Part shown: positions 37,480-50,751 of the stretch, one piece after another
How positions within the stretch are numbered: the stretch's first letter is position 1
Layout: every line of letters begins with the position of its first letter
DNA from: Hamiltosporidium tvaerminnensis FI-OER-3-3
Taxonomy: Eukaryota > Fungi > Microsporidia
DNA: 64,000 nt
Assembly (NCBI GenBank): GCA_022605425.2
Contig: JAKIMF020000013.1
Span: 124,001-188,000 of the forward strand
Direction of reading: 5' to 3'
The notes under the pieces: model-generated
Database searches by the model: none
What the model saw: only the letters and a program-made list of their open reading frames with translations
What the model was told of the DNA's origin: nothing
Translations under genes and position numbers: made by a program

Positions 37480-39024
37480 TTAAACTTCAAAAAATTTAAT
37501 GAATTGAAATGAAGTTCTTGCTAAAATTAAATTACAAAGTAAATCGACTTCAAAATTATTTTTAGATTTCACCATAAGAATTTTATAATTTGGTGAGTAG
37601 AAAAAGTATCCAAAGTTATTTAAATCATGAAAAAAATCAGTAGGAAATATGATAGACGTTGAAATTGGTTCTTTGAGCATAAATTGATTACCAATTTTAT
37701 TTCCAATTTTACTAAAACCACTTCTTTCTAACATGCTCAATACAAAATCATAATCTTCTAATGAAGGAAATAGAATTTTGTCTCCAAATATTTCAAATGA
37801 TAAATTAAATCCAAAAATATTATTTTTCAAAGTCAAAGAATTTAAAAATTTTAATCTTTCTATAATTTCTTCGGGATAAATCAATATTGCCTTATCTTTA
37901 TTAAATATGACTTCTATTTGTTTCTCTTCGATATCTTTAAATGTAGAATTATCAAGATCGCAACAAAATCCTTTGAATTCAAATTTAAGAAAATTCATAA
38001 AAATTTTATTCGGATTTCTACAATTATTTGAAAACAATAAACAAATTAATTCTATCATTTCGTCTGTTAAATTTAAAGGCAAATATCCATGACATTCTAA
38101 ATATCTTTTCACGATGATAACACCTTCTTTAAAAAATATGTCCTTCTTTTTTATAAAATCATATAAACCTTTAAAAATTCTATCTTTTGTCATTTCTTCG
38201 TCTTTAAGTAAAATTTTAAATTTAAATTTACTTCTTTTATATTCTAAAATAAAATATTCTCTTTCAATCACATTTTTGTATTTAGATTTGTTAAAAATAT
38301 GGCAATAAAATGCAGTTTTTGCACATTCAATTGCTTTTTGATTTTCTGGCCATTTTTTGGAAGTTTCTAAATGTAAAATACTTTCATGAACTTCATTTGA
38401 AATGTTGGTTCCTCTTCCGATACAACTTATAAGTTCATCATAAACAATAGAAATTGGTAATTTCATGGATTTTAAATGTCCGATTATTTCTTTATATTTT
38501 TGTATTTCATCTTCGAATATCAATTTTGTAAAGAATATTTCATTAAATTTGAATTTTTCAAATGTAAAAATATCTTTTAAATTTTCATAGATTAAAAAAT
38601 GAATTTTAAATTGATTTGGAACATTTTTTTGGACACATTGTATCGTTTTAAAGTTAATATTGTTTTTTAATTTAATTCCAATAAAATATTTCTTTTCTAT
38701 TCGATTGTATGAAATATGAAAATATTCACAAACGTTTTCCACTTTTTTACTTAATATATTAGTAATTTCATTGGTTTTTACTCTTTTTTTATCACAAATT
38801 TCAATTTCAATATCAAAAATATTTTGCTTCAAACATAAAATTTCTTTAAAAACAACATTTTTCTTCATCAAATGAAGTAAAAATATTTTATATACCGATA
38901 AATTATCCATAAACTCATTTATTTTATTTAAATTTATTAAATGATTTAAATATTTTTCTACTTTCATAACAATTTTATATTCAAATAATTTTTCATTTAT
39001 AAATTGAATCCAATCATCATTCAT
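37480..39024 (-). CDS. UTP22: Nrap/Utp22 (NOL6)-family nucleolar protein, reduced
   Basis: LETSKKWPENQKAIECAKTAF and VKRYLECH...EMIEL resemble the Nrap motifs E-SGKWP-D-AI-K-KTAF and KRW--SH--E--EL. Confidence 0.72.
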   Translation of the reverse strand: MNDDWIQFINEKLFEYKIVMKVEKYLNHLINLNKINEFMDNLSVYKIFLLHLMKKNVVFKEILCLKQNIFDIEIEICDKKRVKTNEITNILSKKVENVCEYFHISYNRIEKKYFIGIKLKNNINFKTIQCVQKNVPNQFKIHFLIYENLKDIFTFEKFKFNEIFFTKLIFEDEIQKYKEIIGHLKSMKLPISIVYDELISCIGRGTNISNEVHESILHLETSKKWPENQKAIECAKTAFYCHIFNKSKYKNVIEREYFILEYKRSKFKFKILLKDEEMTKDRIFKGLYDFIKKKDIFFKEGVIIVKRYLECHGYLPLNLTDEMIELICLLFSNNCRNPNKIFMNFLKFEFKGFCCDLDNSTFKDIEEKQIEVIFNKDKAILIYPEEIIERLKFLNSLTLKNNIFGFNLSFEIFGDKILFPSLEDYDFVLSMLERSGFSKIGNKIGNQFMLKEPISTSIIFPTDFFHDLNNFGYFFYSPNYKILMVKSKNNFEVDLLCNLILARTSFQFIKFFEV

Positions 39025-39386
39025 TACAACGGTTATTCATAATAAATTTTTTAAAAAAAAAACATTCGAAATTAAATAATCAAAAAATTCTACAATAAAT
39101 CATTCTTAATTCATTTTCAAACCAATTGAAATAGAAAAATCCTATTGTGTTTCTTTTTAAGAGCATTTTTTTAGTTTTTTTCTCAAAAAGTAAGATTTAA
39201 CAGAATTTTTTTAGTTACATTTTCTAAACTTTAAAAACATAAGTTCTCATAAGATTTATTTCTAAATAAAAAAACCAAATTCAAGTCATAAATAGACAAT
39301 CATTTAATATTCTCGGGTTTATTGCTTTTTTTTAAATCTATAGTATTTATAAATGAATATATCAATACCGTTGTATATCCAATTTA

Positions 39387-39743
39387 ATGAGACAAAAATT
39401 TAGATATGTTGCAGCTAAATTTACATTTAATATTCAAAAAACTTTCATTTTTTCCCAGGAAGTTCTATTTCTATTGATAAAAGATCTTTTATATCAAAAT
39501 TTTGGTGAAATTGGTGTAGCTAAACTGGATACATTTATTCTGATAGAATATCTTCCCGCAAATAACATTTGTATATTTAGAGTACCTTTATATGTATCAA
39601 AAGAGGTTATATATAGTTTGATTACATGTGGTTCTATAGATAGTCTCAAATGTAATATTTCGATTTTCTTTATATCTGGTGGTTTACGAACTTTAAAAAA
39701 ACGAATTATAAAATTTGTAGGAGACGATAAAAATAATTATTGA
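39387..39743 (+). CDS. POP5: RNase P/MRP subunit, Rpp14/Pop5 family
   Basis: MRQKFRY, NFGEIG, IFRV and ISGGLRTLKK pattern; 118 aa. Confidence 0.8.
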   Translation: MRQKFRYVAAKFTFNIQKTFIFSQEVLFLLIKDLLYQNFGEIGVAKLDTFILIEYLPANNICIFRVPLYVSKEVIYSLITCGSIDSLKCNISIFFISGGLRTLKKRIIKFVGDDKNNY

Positions 39744-42700
39744 GAAGTAATTGATATTTTTTCTTTATTTTAAAACAAACCAATTTATAATTTTGATAAA
39801 ATATACAATCTAGATAGTTCCTATAAAAATTATACACTTTTTTTTGAATAAATCATAGATAATGTAATTCGGTAAACAAATTTTATATTCTGGGCGTTTA
39901 ATTCGAGGTCTTGATATGTAAATCATTTTAATTGGTTGTAAAAATTCAAATTATGTTAAATTTTATCTTTAATTAAATTTTTTTATTCGAATCGAATATT
40001 ATTCTTTAAATAAATTTTAATTTTATAATTTTATATGATATATTCAAAAAAAGGCCTTGAAATATATCAGACTATAAATGATTTTTATTTATTTTGAACT
40101 TTCAATCATTTCTTTGTCTAATGTGAATAATTTGTTCTTTCAATTTTTTCGGACATGACTCAATAAACTTCATTATATTCCTGTAGTTGTTAATATTAAA
40201 CTCGGGGAGCCTATCTGACACAGATCCGCACAGTCAATATGTAATTCACGCCTAATATAACAAGAATGGTCCCAAACTGTCTTTATCGAAGCAATTTTCT
40301 AAACCAGATAATCAAAATAAAAAAAAAGATACCTTGGTGTTTTTCCTGCAAATGTATTCTTTACTGAAAAAAACAAATTCTTACCAAAATGTAATTTACT
40401 TTATTAAATTTATAATATGGATTAAACACCCTATGGAATAATAGACACTGTATTTTACTTTTACCACATCACCTGATATAAGTACAATCGTCAAATATAT
40501 TAAAAATGATTTTGAGTACACATAAACTTAAAGTTTTATCTAAATCTCTAGGATTTTATTGGACGTATTGAACCTGTTATAAAGTTATATTCTCACATAA
40601 AGCAGTTGAATAAAAATATAGCTTATCAAATTGAAAATCTTAAAACGTGACAAAAATCATAGAGTTTTTAATCATTTTCACAATATAATTTTATTAGACT
40701 GCATGACAGTTATTATAAAATATGCGAATAGTATTTTTATTCTAAATATTGAAACTTTTTAGTTGGTCATGTAGGATTGTGAAAATTAAAAATATTTAGT
40801 GAAATATATTTTGGACGACAATGAACCCTTGTTTATCGTGGTAGATTGGCTCCGGAATTAGGTTCAAAAGTGAATCTTCGGCGTAATATTTCATATTTAT
40901 AAATACATTTGTAGTTGAAGAATATAAAATCTATTTAAAATCTTCTAAATACATTACCAAGCTATTTAGAGTTACGTTAGATTCAAATACATAGTTTGGT
41001 AACCTCTATACTTATATTTCTAAATAACTAGGCACAGAAATCAAAATAAAACATATTTGCTCTAAATCACGATTTACTCAGAATTATATACTTTATATTC
41101 CATATTTTATTATAAATTAGAGATACTATTGCACATAAATTTTAAAATTAACAATAAACTCGTAATTTCCTCAGGGAAAGTGCCATGAAATTGGATATCA
41201 ATCTTTTTTCTTTTAAAGTGCGGGTTCAGTCGGGGTTTCTAACAAACAAGTAAATATCATTGCTAGTCGCAAATGCCAACAGCATTTATTCAATTATTAA
41301 GAGGTAGAATGAGGCAAATTGCACTATCGATAGGATTCTGAAACTATACTGCACCATTCATTTCTGGATTCCATTCCTCAATCACATGCTATATTTTTTT
41401 GTTATTATATCATGATAGAAGCGCATCATTGCGAGGTTGGTTTTATCACTGAAACCTTCAAAAAACATTGGAGTTTCTTCTGTCTTACATTGCTCAGACC
41501 TTCCAGTTCAATGCACTTTTAATCATTTGATAGATCTATTGATTCCAGAATCTCATACGCTTCACTGGGAGTGATATTCGAAATTTTACCTTTAAACCAT
41601 TTGACACGGTTTCACTGCTATCTATCACTAAATTTCTATATTTTTTCGCAGTATTTTCTTGTTATCTAGAACTATTACAACATATAGCTCCTTACATGAC
41701 CTTCCCGTATCTGAGTTTATGTATTTTAATATTCTGTATGTTTTCAAACTGGTTGCAGAGTACTCTTTTGCCAGTGCTTCTTTAGTAAGCAGTTTCACAA
41801 ACGGTTCATATCTTCGTCGAATTGCCTTAAAGTGTTTTGGATATTAAAAGCATTTTAACACCAAAGAGAATCTTGATATATATCTTCAGATATAGTAGGT
41901 AAGTAATATTTGGAAACAACCTCTCCACCTTTTATAAGTTAATTCTTGTTAAAATCTTAGAAATATTCGGTGAGCAAATATTTAATTTTTTGTATTTTTC
42001 TTGAATATATAAACCTTGCCCATGTTATAAGGCGTCCGGAGAACCATTCCAAAGTCATCTGCTTTGTGATACCTCCTCTTTTTGTGCCTTAAATTCACTG
42101 GTAGCAAGTTTTTTTGTTCTTTATGCTCTAGAATTCTTAGCCTTGCCATAGGAGCTACTTAAACGATAATCTCCACACATTCTCACGTATAACTAGCTGA
42201 CGCGGCCCATAATTTTTTAAAGCAACGGAAATTGTTTATTTTTTTATAAATTCTAAGAAACAAATTCTTCCTAGAAGATTTTTTTTCGTTCATATGGCGT
42301 ACCTTCTTAGATGAAAACCAACCTCCTTCAAAAATCAAAAGAAACATCTTGTTTCTCTATCTATAAGACTGCGCCAGTCGACGGATCCAGCTTCTTCTCA
42401 AAAAACGACACTCTTAATATTATATATCTATTGAAACATCCTGAACCAACTTCTACTCGCCGTGAAATTTACAAACCTCTGAGAAAAAATTATCGCGACA
42501 TTTCTTTTCCGATATAATTCTGAAAAGGTTGTTTTAGTTTCTTTCGATTTTCTATCAAATCTAACGGGATGTTTTTTGCGACCTTCGATACCAAAAAACT
42601 AGAACATACTTTGTTTTTTTAAGGAACTTATTACGACATATTTCGACTATCTTTGCTTCCTTGTTGAATAGACATGGTCGTTACACAATTTTTTTTATCT

Positions 42701-43911
42701 CTTTACAGATGGATTCAACGAAAGACTTATTTAAGTCGAAATGATGTGAAAAAACGACGATTTTCGTTTGATATTGTATCACATCTAAGAACTTTATATT
42801 TTTTTACAGTAAGCATCTTTCGCGAACCCCTAGTTTTATTGCTTGAATGTTTAGAAACAGCAGTTTGTTTAGTAGTCATTATAAGACATTGATAAAATTT
42901 TTTGAAATACAAATGCTTAAAAAGCAAAATGCATCTATTATTTTGCGATCTAAAAAAAAGCTTATGTGTTAAAAACTGGCTTGAGAATGAACCAACTCGT
43001 AGCAGTTATCACAAAGCACGGGCTATTCTAAAAAAAACGAAGTATCGTTAGAGTAAAAATACGAAACTCTGAAGCACAAGAAGAGAACATTTGCAATTTT
43101 TATATTTATATGAATAACGAAGATCGACAAATCTGTATGTTTTCGATGTTTTTTATTTCCCTAATATTATGCGCAAAAACTTCAAGAATAAAAATTTAAA
43201 ATGACGCTTTTTTAGTTAAATTTATTAATATCAATTTTTAAATCACGAGCTTAATTTATTTTATTATTATCGCAAATCAAAAAAAATAAAAAACGAAAAA
43301 ATATATCTAAAAATACTATCATTTTTTAAACAGTGAAAACTTGTAAATCATGGTACGATTTAACCAATTGTGTTTTTATATGAAGTGCTAGATATCTACT
43401 ATTTTCCATGAAAATTTTATAGTAATATTATTTAATTTAATAATGATTCGTACCATCGGATACAATATTTAATATTATTGTCTATTCTATCACATACAAT
43501 AACTATATTGACTTAAATTTGGTTTGGATAGAACTTTTAGAGGATTAAGATACTTGAATAAATTCCTACTTTTTATTGATTATCAGTGTAATTAGAACAA
43601 AAACTCAATATTTAAAAAATTTTTGATCATATATACGTATATGCTATATTAAAAGAAACTAGACACTCAAAAAATATTTAAATATTTAAAAACTTTACAG
43701 ACAAGAAATAAAAGATAGGAAATACTCATTAAAATCTGATTAAATTATTGATAACTTAATTGGTAATTTAAGATGTATAAAACGAAACAAGTCTAAAACT
43801 CGAAAAAGAACAAGCAGTTAATTTAAAAGGTTTAAATATCCATTATACTACAATAATTCAATAAATATTGTAAAAAAAACAAAGAAAGAAATTAATACAA
43901 TAGAAAATGAA

Positions 43912-45480
43912 TCAAATAAGGTTTTTAATTCTTCGTTTTCTCTTTTTCGTTCTTCTTCCCATCATAATTTTTATATCATTACTTTTCAAAGATTTTTGGT
44001 AGTCAGAAATAAATATAAATGCATTCGATATATGTTTCAATTGAGGCTTTATTATTGATTGAATTATTTCTGTTTTATTATTAACTACGACTAAATATCT
44101 TATTTTAGAAACATAATCTATGGGATATGTATCAGTATCAAGTTTATCTAATCTGTCTATTGCTTGTGTATACTTTTCTATTGTTTCTTCGCAACAGCAG
44201 CAGTAAATTTTGTATTCAAAATTTTCGCCTTTTATTGTAAGTTTTTTCTCGTTTTTTTCGATTTTGATTTTTGTATCAGATGTAAATTTAAAATTCTTAT
44301 ATTTTGAAAAGCAAAACAAATCACTGTATAAAATATCAAAATATACATGCATTTTTAATTGTTCTGCTGACATTCTTTCCTCTGGGTTTTTTTTAATACA
44401 TGCTGCAAATATATTTTTTGCATCATCTCCCGTCGTATCAAAGGCTCGTGTATTTAAATCTAAACTATCGAAATACAAGTAAAAAATCAATACACCAAAG
44501 GAGTAAATATCTGATTTTTCTGTATATGCGATACTTTTCTTTAATTCAGGTGAATATGTTTTATACTCTGTAAAAGATTTCATGTTCTGAAAAGGAAATA
44601 TAAGCCGGTCTTTATAACATGCTATTCCGAAATCAGTGATTTTAATATCTAATGATTCATTTATCAATATATTGTTAGGTTTGATATCGTTATGAATGAC
44701 ATTGCATAAGTGCATATGATATAATCCATCAATTACTTGCTTTAAAATGATTCTACAATTTAAATCTATAAAATTCGAAGTACTAAGTCTGTAATTGGAC
44801 AAATCGAATTGGTAGAAATCCATTTCCATAAAAGTTAAATCTTGATCAAAAATCAGCTTAGTATTTAATAGATTGAAATGATTGAAATTTTTTATAATCA
44901 TCATTTTATCGAATACGTTGTATAAAAGGTTTTTATCACCTATGAAAACCTTTACTGCTTGTGTCTCATTTTTCATACGATTATACACTTTATAAACCCA
45001 ACCTTCACTACCGTGTGAGATATAAGATATTTCGGTATATCCGTAGGATTTTAGCTGATTTATATTCAGTACCATTATTTTATTTGTAGTTATACTACTG
45101 TTTTGATATTTATTTTCATTTATAAGCGGTGTTGATTGCGCGATCGGTTTTATCGGTGAGATTGAATCGATCCTAGAGAGCAATGTTTCATGACACATTA
45201 ATGATGATACAAATTCACTTTCTTTGTAATTAGAATTGTTTATGGTGGTTTCTTCTATCATACTCCCTTGATAAGATGTACTACTCATACCCGTGTTTCT
45301 ATCGAATGAATAATAATCAGTTGTTTCACTTGTATTCTCTTTAAAAGTGCAGAATTTGCTTTCAATCATTTGGTTTCCACTAGTTTGAAATACTCTCGAG
45401 CCAAAACCCCGATCCAATATTGTAGCATGTATCAATACAACACTATTTATAAGAAACAACCTCCATCCAACGCTTTTCAT
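43912..45480 (-). CDS. Ser/Thr protein kinase with N-terminal signal peptide and C-terminal basic NLS
   Basis: SHGSEGWVY, QAVK, IHNDIKPNNIL, TDFG, YSPE, KSDIYSFG. First ATG at 45480. Confidence 0.9.
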   Translation of the reverse strand: MKSVGWRLFLINSVVLIHATILDRGFGSRVFQTSGNQMIESKFCTFKENTSETTDYYSFDRNTGMSSTSYQGSMIEETTINNSNYKESEFVSSLMCHETLLSRIDSISPIKPIAQSTPLINENKYQNSSITTNKIMVLNINQLKSYGYTEISYISHGSEGWVYKVYNRMKNETQAVKVFIGDKNLLYNVFDKMMIIKNFNHFNLLNTKLIFDQDLTFMEMDFYQFDLSNYRLSTSNFIDLNCRIILKQVIDGLYHMHLCNVIHNDIKPNNILINESLDIKITDFGIACYKDRLIFPFQNMKSFTEYKTYSPELKKSIAYTEKSDIYSFGVLIFYLYFDSLDLNTRAFDTTGDDAKNIFAACIKKNPEERMSAEQLKMHVYFDILYSDLFCFSKYKNFKFTSDTKIKIEKNEKKLTIKGENFEYKIYCCCCEETIEKYTQAIDRLDKLDTDTYPIDYVSKIRYLVVVNNKTEIIQSIIKPQLKHISNAFIFISDYQKSLKSNDIKIMMGRRTKKRKRRIKNLI

Positions 45481-48400
45481 CGCCAATAGACCCCAGATTT
45501 TTCTCGTATAAATAATTTTTTTTTAGAAAAAACGCGGGCAAAAAAATAATCTATAATCGATTAAATATAAAAATTTAATTTATCAATTTATAAATAAACA
45601 GAAAAGGATATGGCAAACGATTTTGTTACCATATTAAGAAATCTAATTTCTTTGAAATAATTATAACGGTGCAAAAAAAAATTTTTTCTTAATAATTAGT
45701 AATAAATGTTTTGAGACCTCGAAAAAATTTTTTTTATGTACATATTTGGTGCTTTTTTTATTGAAAGATCTAGATTTTGACATTGAATCTTTTAAACTCA
45801 ATATTTGTTTATAATTTATCTAAATATATTTAATTATATAAAATGTTCAATAAATTGCAAATAAGTTACTAAAACAACGACTTCAAGATAACAAAATTTT
45901 GAAAGTTTATCTAAAGGAATTCAGAATATTTTTAAGTCAATCATACCCAACTTCATTCAGTATAAAAAAGTTGTTGATGATATTTCTTAAGGAAAACTAA
46001 ATACTAGATTGAAAACTATAAAATTTATCAGCTATTTTCCGATTTTAAATTGATAGTAAAAAAATCAAGTATTTAGAGTTTTAGTCTAGAATAAAGGCTA
46101 TTTTGCCATTAAATTGATCTTAGATAAAAAATTTAACTACTAACATAAACGAATTAATCACAAATAAACTGTATTTTTCATGAACAGATTATTTCGAGAA
46201 ACAATCTTTATAAAAAAAGATCGATTCTATTTCTAGTAATATTAATGACATCTTGATATCCTTTGTTTTATTCAATATTATTTTAAGATTTTATTTCCTT
46301 ATTTGGTACTACGATTTTTTTTATGTTTTAATGTGCGCGCAAATCTTAGCTTTTCTAAGAACTGCACTGTATACATTCAAATGAACCTTCGTGAAAGGTT
46401 TTTCAATGTTTGTATCATTTTAAATAATATTTACAGAATTGTCTAATCTCAGTATTTGTATAAAAACCTATTTTATGAATGCGGTCAAGTTCTAAATTTT
46501 TTCTACTCAGAACACAGAAATAAAAATCTTGGCTAACTGTAATTTAAATAATTCTCAGCTCAACGCATTCAATTGGTTAAAATATTTAAGATATAATTTT
46601 TTTACAAATATAGTGCATTTGCGATTGTTCAAATTAATAAATCATAGTTCCATCTAAGTTATACTTTTAGTTTCTATGATTCAAAACTTACCGAATTCAA
46701 AAATTGATTGAAATTGCTACGTTGCAATATCAAAAATTGATTATCATAATAAAAAAAATATAATAATACAATTATTTTTAATTGTAGTTCTGTTTGAATA
46801 AATAAAAAATGATTGCTTCGATTAAAATAATATATCAATCGATTGTTTGTAATCGTGTGTTTTTCTATATACTTGAGAATTTTTTTTATTTTTTTTTGTT
46901 TACAAGCGTCAATTTGGAAGATTGATACAGAAAAAGACTTCTTATTTAGTGTTTCATATTTAATGGTAAAAATAAGGTATAGAAGCAAGATAGTTATGAT
47001 ACACAGAAGTATGAATTTTTTGTATTTTTTAATCATAGATATCTTCGCATATTTCTAGAATACTTATATGATGTTAATATTTATCTAAACTAGTGTCTTA
47101 GTTCAGCATATATTTATTTCTTTAAATATTTAAAATCGAGTTTCGTCTGGTAAGAATATATCTTCTTTTTTATTTTAGAAAATTTCTAAAAAAAACTAAA
47201 TATTCTTCAGTTTATCTGATTCTAATGTCCATATTATAGTACCTTGCTACATATTCCTCTAAATCAATTTAAAGTAATCATTATTTGCTTATTTGCCACG
47301 AAAAATTAGAGTGACAAGCTCATTTTAATTTAAGAAAACAGTGTGGTATTAGTAAAATTAAAGTTCTATACCTTTTAAAACCTGCGGTTTAGTTATAGAA
47401 TTCATATATGGGAAAGTCATTGTTTTACTTAATCATGTTTCCGTTTGATTTAAACATATTTACGATGTCGAAAAAGTTAATCGTTAATTTTTTGCTTTTT
47501 TATTTTGGATTTGTTTATTCGAATGATCTTTCATACATTATTATCATGCCATCATGATATTTGATCCATATCAACTTATCTATATCGGAATGCAATATAG
47601 ATGATATAGAAAGTCTCCAATTAACGGAAATATTTTAATCAAAGAATATCTCTAAAGTGTTAAATAAACATATCCTAGCGTACTTCCAGCCTATTAAATT
47701 AAAGAGTAGTCAAAACGATTTATCGCAGCTTTTAGTGTACATATATAATTTAATAATGTATGAGCATAACCTTTTTATTTAAAAGTCGGAAAAATACAGT
47801 TTGGAGAAAAGAAAAAGTAGCCATGGAATAAAACTAGATATTGGCGGAAAATTATGACTAATGCAGAACTTGGAATTATGAAAATAATTATGCTTAAATT
47901 AAAGATGATTTTTTTTTAGTATTTTACGTATCGCTTGGAAAAATATGAACTTCGTGTTGTGATAATAATAAATTAGAGGAAATTATATAACTTTTTTTAA
48001 TTTTAATCTTATTTCCAGAATTTATTTCAAAATATATTCTTTTTTCTTTATTTTGTTATCAATTAAAATCAAAAAATTTTTTTGTCAGATTGAAAGAAAT
48101 GCTAAATCAACGAGACATAATCATTTAAATCTCTGCTATTTACTGATTTATATCATTATACATGCTTTTAATTTTTTTTATTCTATAGAATGTTCATAAA
48201 CTATTTTTTGTAAATCCTGCATTTCGATTCTCATATACGATCAAATTTTGTGATTATCTTTTGTAGTATGCTAATTTATACGGATTTACTTCACTCGATT
48301 TGTCTTTAACATAAGTATTGAGTGCAAAAAATCTTCTTTAGTCCAATACGTATTTATTTTTTTTGGCAAAGAATTCCATTTAAGATAAAAAAAATAAATT

Positions 48401-49054
48401 ATCAGTATTACCCAATATCAAACCACAATATCATGAATACCAAAGTGCATTGAAATTATGATCTAATTCTTCGATACATTAGTATAAAAAGTATTGAAAA
48501 ATAAAATTTTAGCAATCCATTACTTCTCTAATAATCGTTCGATTAGTAGAGTAAATACAAAACACTGCTAATTATAACATTCACTTCTTTTTTTAATCTT
48601 GAATCTTTCTCAAAAATATTTTGTAAATAGTACTCTCAACTCGAAACATAATCTTCCAATATAACATATAGGATATGAAAGCAGATATCAAATATTTATC
48701 ATCAGTGTGAAGTCACTATTACCTGTACAATTCCATAAAATTTTCATTTATAATGTAAAAATATCTTAAAACGTCGACCTCGTTTAATAAAAATTTAAAA
48801 TAAAAAGAGCCAAAATATTTAGAAATAGAAAATCAACTACAGCCATAATATTGTCTATTACTTCTAAAAATTGTAAATATAAATTTTTATCTAAATAATA
48901 TAAATATTCTTTTCAAATAAATACTTTGAGTATTGGAATATAAATGTTAAAAATATTTGATATAAATATATTTAAATTTAGGAACTTGATGGAAGGTTTT
49001 ATCAATTTATTTTAAAATGTTTATACATTACCAATTTTGCAAAATCTAATATAA

Positions 49055-49351
49055 AAAATATATAAGACAATCAAATAAATTACTGAAAAAAAAATCACAT
49101 TCTAAGAAATAAATTTAACTACTAAAATATATAAGACAATCAAATAAATTAAATTACTGAAGAAAATTCACATTCTAAGAAATAAATTTAATTACTAAAA
49201 TACATATGACAATCAAATAAATTAAATTACTGAAGAAAATTTACATTCTAAGAAATAAATTTAACTACAAAAATACATATGACAATCAAATAAATTAAAT
49301 TACAGAAAAAAAATCACATTCTAAGAAATAAATTTAACTACTAAAATATAT
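49055..49351. repeat. Tandem minisatellite, 4 units of 69-73 bp
   Basis: Units start at 49055, 49124, 49197 and 49270 (gacaatcaaataaatt...cacattctaagaaataaatttaa). Confidence 0.95.
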
Positions 49352-49631
49352 TAAAAAGAATTTGATTTTGAACTACTTTATAACAATTATTCATAAGCTG
49401 ATTAATTATTTAATTACAAAAAACACCAAACAACAAATCTGCAATTCCAATAAATAATATAATAAACCTTTTTTTGGTAAATAAAAGATAAGAAAGAACC
49501 AATTATATAAAAATTATATCATAGATTTGTATTAGCTTATTGGAATATATATCAATTACTATCAATTACCATATAATTGGTTTGATAAAAGGGGGTGAAA
49601 AAAATAAATATAGATTTTTTCACCCTCTGTA

Positions 49632-50315
49632 ATGAAAGATAGATTCAAAGGGTTTTTACGACAAATGTCTACCATGGATTATAAATATACAAAAGTATCT
49701 GAGGAGCATGAAAAACTTGAACAGAAATATAGATTGCTGAGAGATTTCTTGACGGTATATGAAGCATCTTGTGATAAAATAATGACTTATGAACATGGTG
49801 GAAAGACATATAAGAATGTTATGGAAGCACTTGAAGTTGTTGGTGAGAGAGTAAATCTACAAGCTTTTAAAGTCAATAATATATATGAACAAGCTTCTCT
49901 TGTGGTAGAAAAAATGGCAGATATACACGCTTCAGATGCTTTAAACAAAACAGCTTCTGATTATTCAAAAGCTTTGGGTGAAATTGGTCATAAGAAAACA
50001 ATTATGAATGGCAAATTTGAAGATCAGATGATGGAACTTCAGAAAATTAAGAGTAGAACTGCTTTTATAGATAAACAACGAAATATAACAAAAAATATAC
50101 GTTTTGATTTGGAAAAAGCATATAAAAATGATCCAGATGGTGTTAAAATACCGGAAGACTTAAAAAATAGTTTTCAGACGCATTTAACTGATACTGAAAA
50201 ATATATGAGAGAATTTGTGGAGAATAAAGATGTTATTGGTGTTATAAATGGATGTGTTGAAGCACAAAAAACATTTCATTCTGCTGCACTTGAAGCACTT
50301 AAGAATGTCAAATAA
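49632..50315 (+). CDS. SWP12: BAR-domain spore wall protein, SWP12-like
   Basis: 227 aa, helical. MKD..K...DY..T....E..E..YR and TYEHGG match recalled microsporidian SWP12 features. Confidence 0.75.
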   Translation: MKDRFKGFLRQMSTMDYKYTKVSEEHEKLEQKYRLLRDFLTVYEASCDKIMTYEHGGKTYKNVMEALEVVGERVNLQAFKVNNIYEQASLVVEKMADIHASDALNKTASDYSKALGEIGHKKTIMNGKFEDQMMELQKIKSRTAFIDKQRNITKNIRFDLEKAYKNDPDGVKIPEDLKNSFQTHLTDTEKYMREFVENKDVIGVINGCVEAQKTFHSAALEALKNVK

Positions 50316-50751
50316 CCGAAATAAAAGTTTTCATTGTTTTTTTTTTAAATTTATAATTTTTTTAATGTAAGCTTGCTTGCCACCTAAATTATTTTTCAAA
50401 TTATTTTTTTTAAAAATTCTAATTTAAAATACTTGTAGAATAACCCTAATATTTTTTTTTAATATCATTGGTCCAAAAATTAAGTTGTAAGTCAATAATA
50501 ACAAATTAGAATTCAAAACTTTCACATCAAAAAAATATTTTTTAACCCATAATTAACTTTCTATAGGTCAATAATATTAAATTATTGGTCAAGTTTTTTA
50601 TTTCGAAAAAAAAGAACATTTACCAGCTAAAGTTTATCATAAAATAAGCCAATTAAAAAACCTTGCAATCCAATATTTTGACAAAAAAATAGATATTTCA
50701 AGATTTAAAATAAAAATTAGTTTTTTTTTTTATTTTAAATGTAAATTCAAT

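Noticed and set aside
49055-49351. CRISPR-like array
   Set aside because: Units are contiguous tandem copies without unique spacers, the context is eukaryotic, and there are no cas genes.
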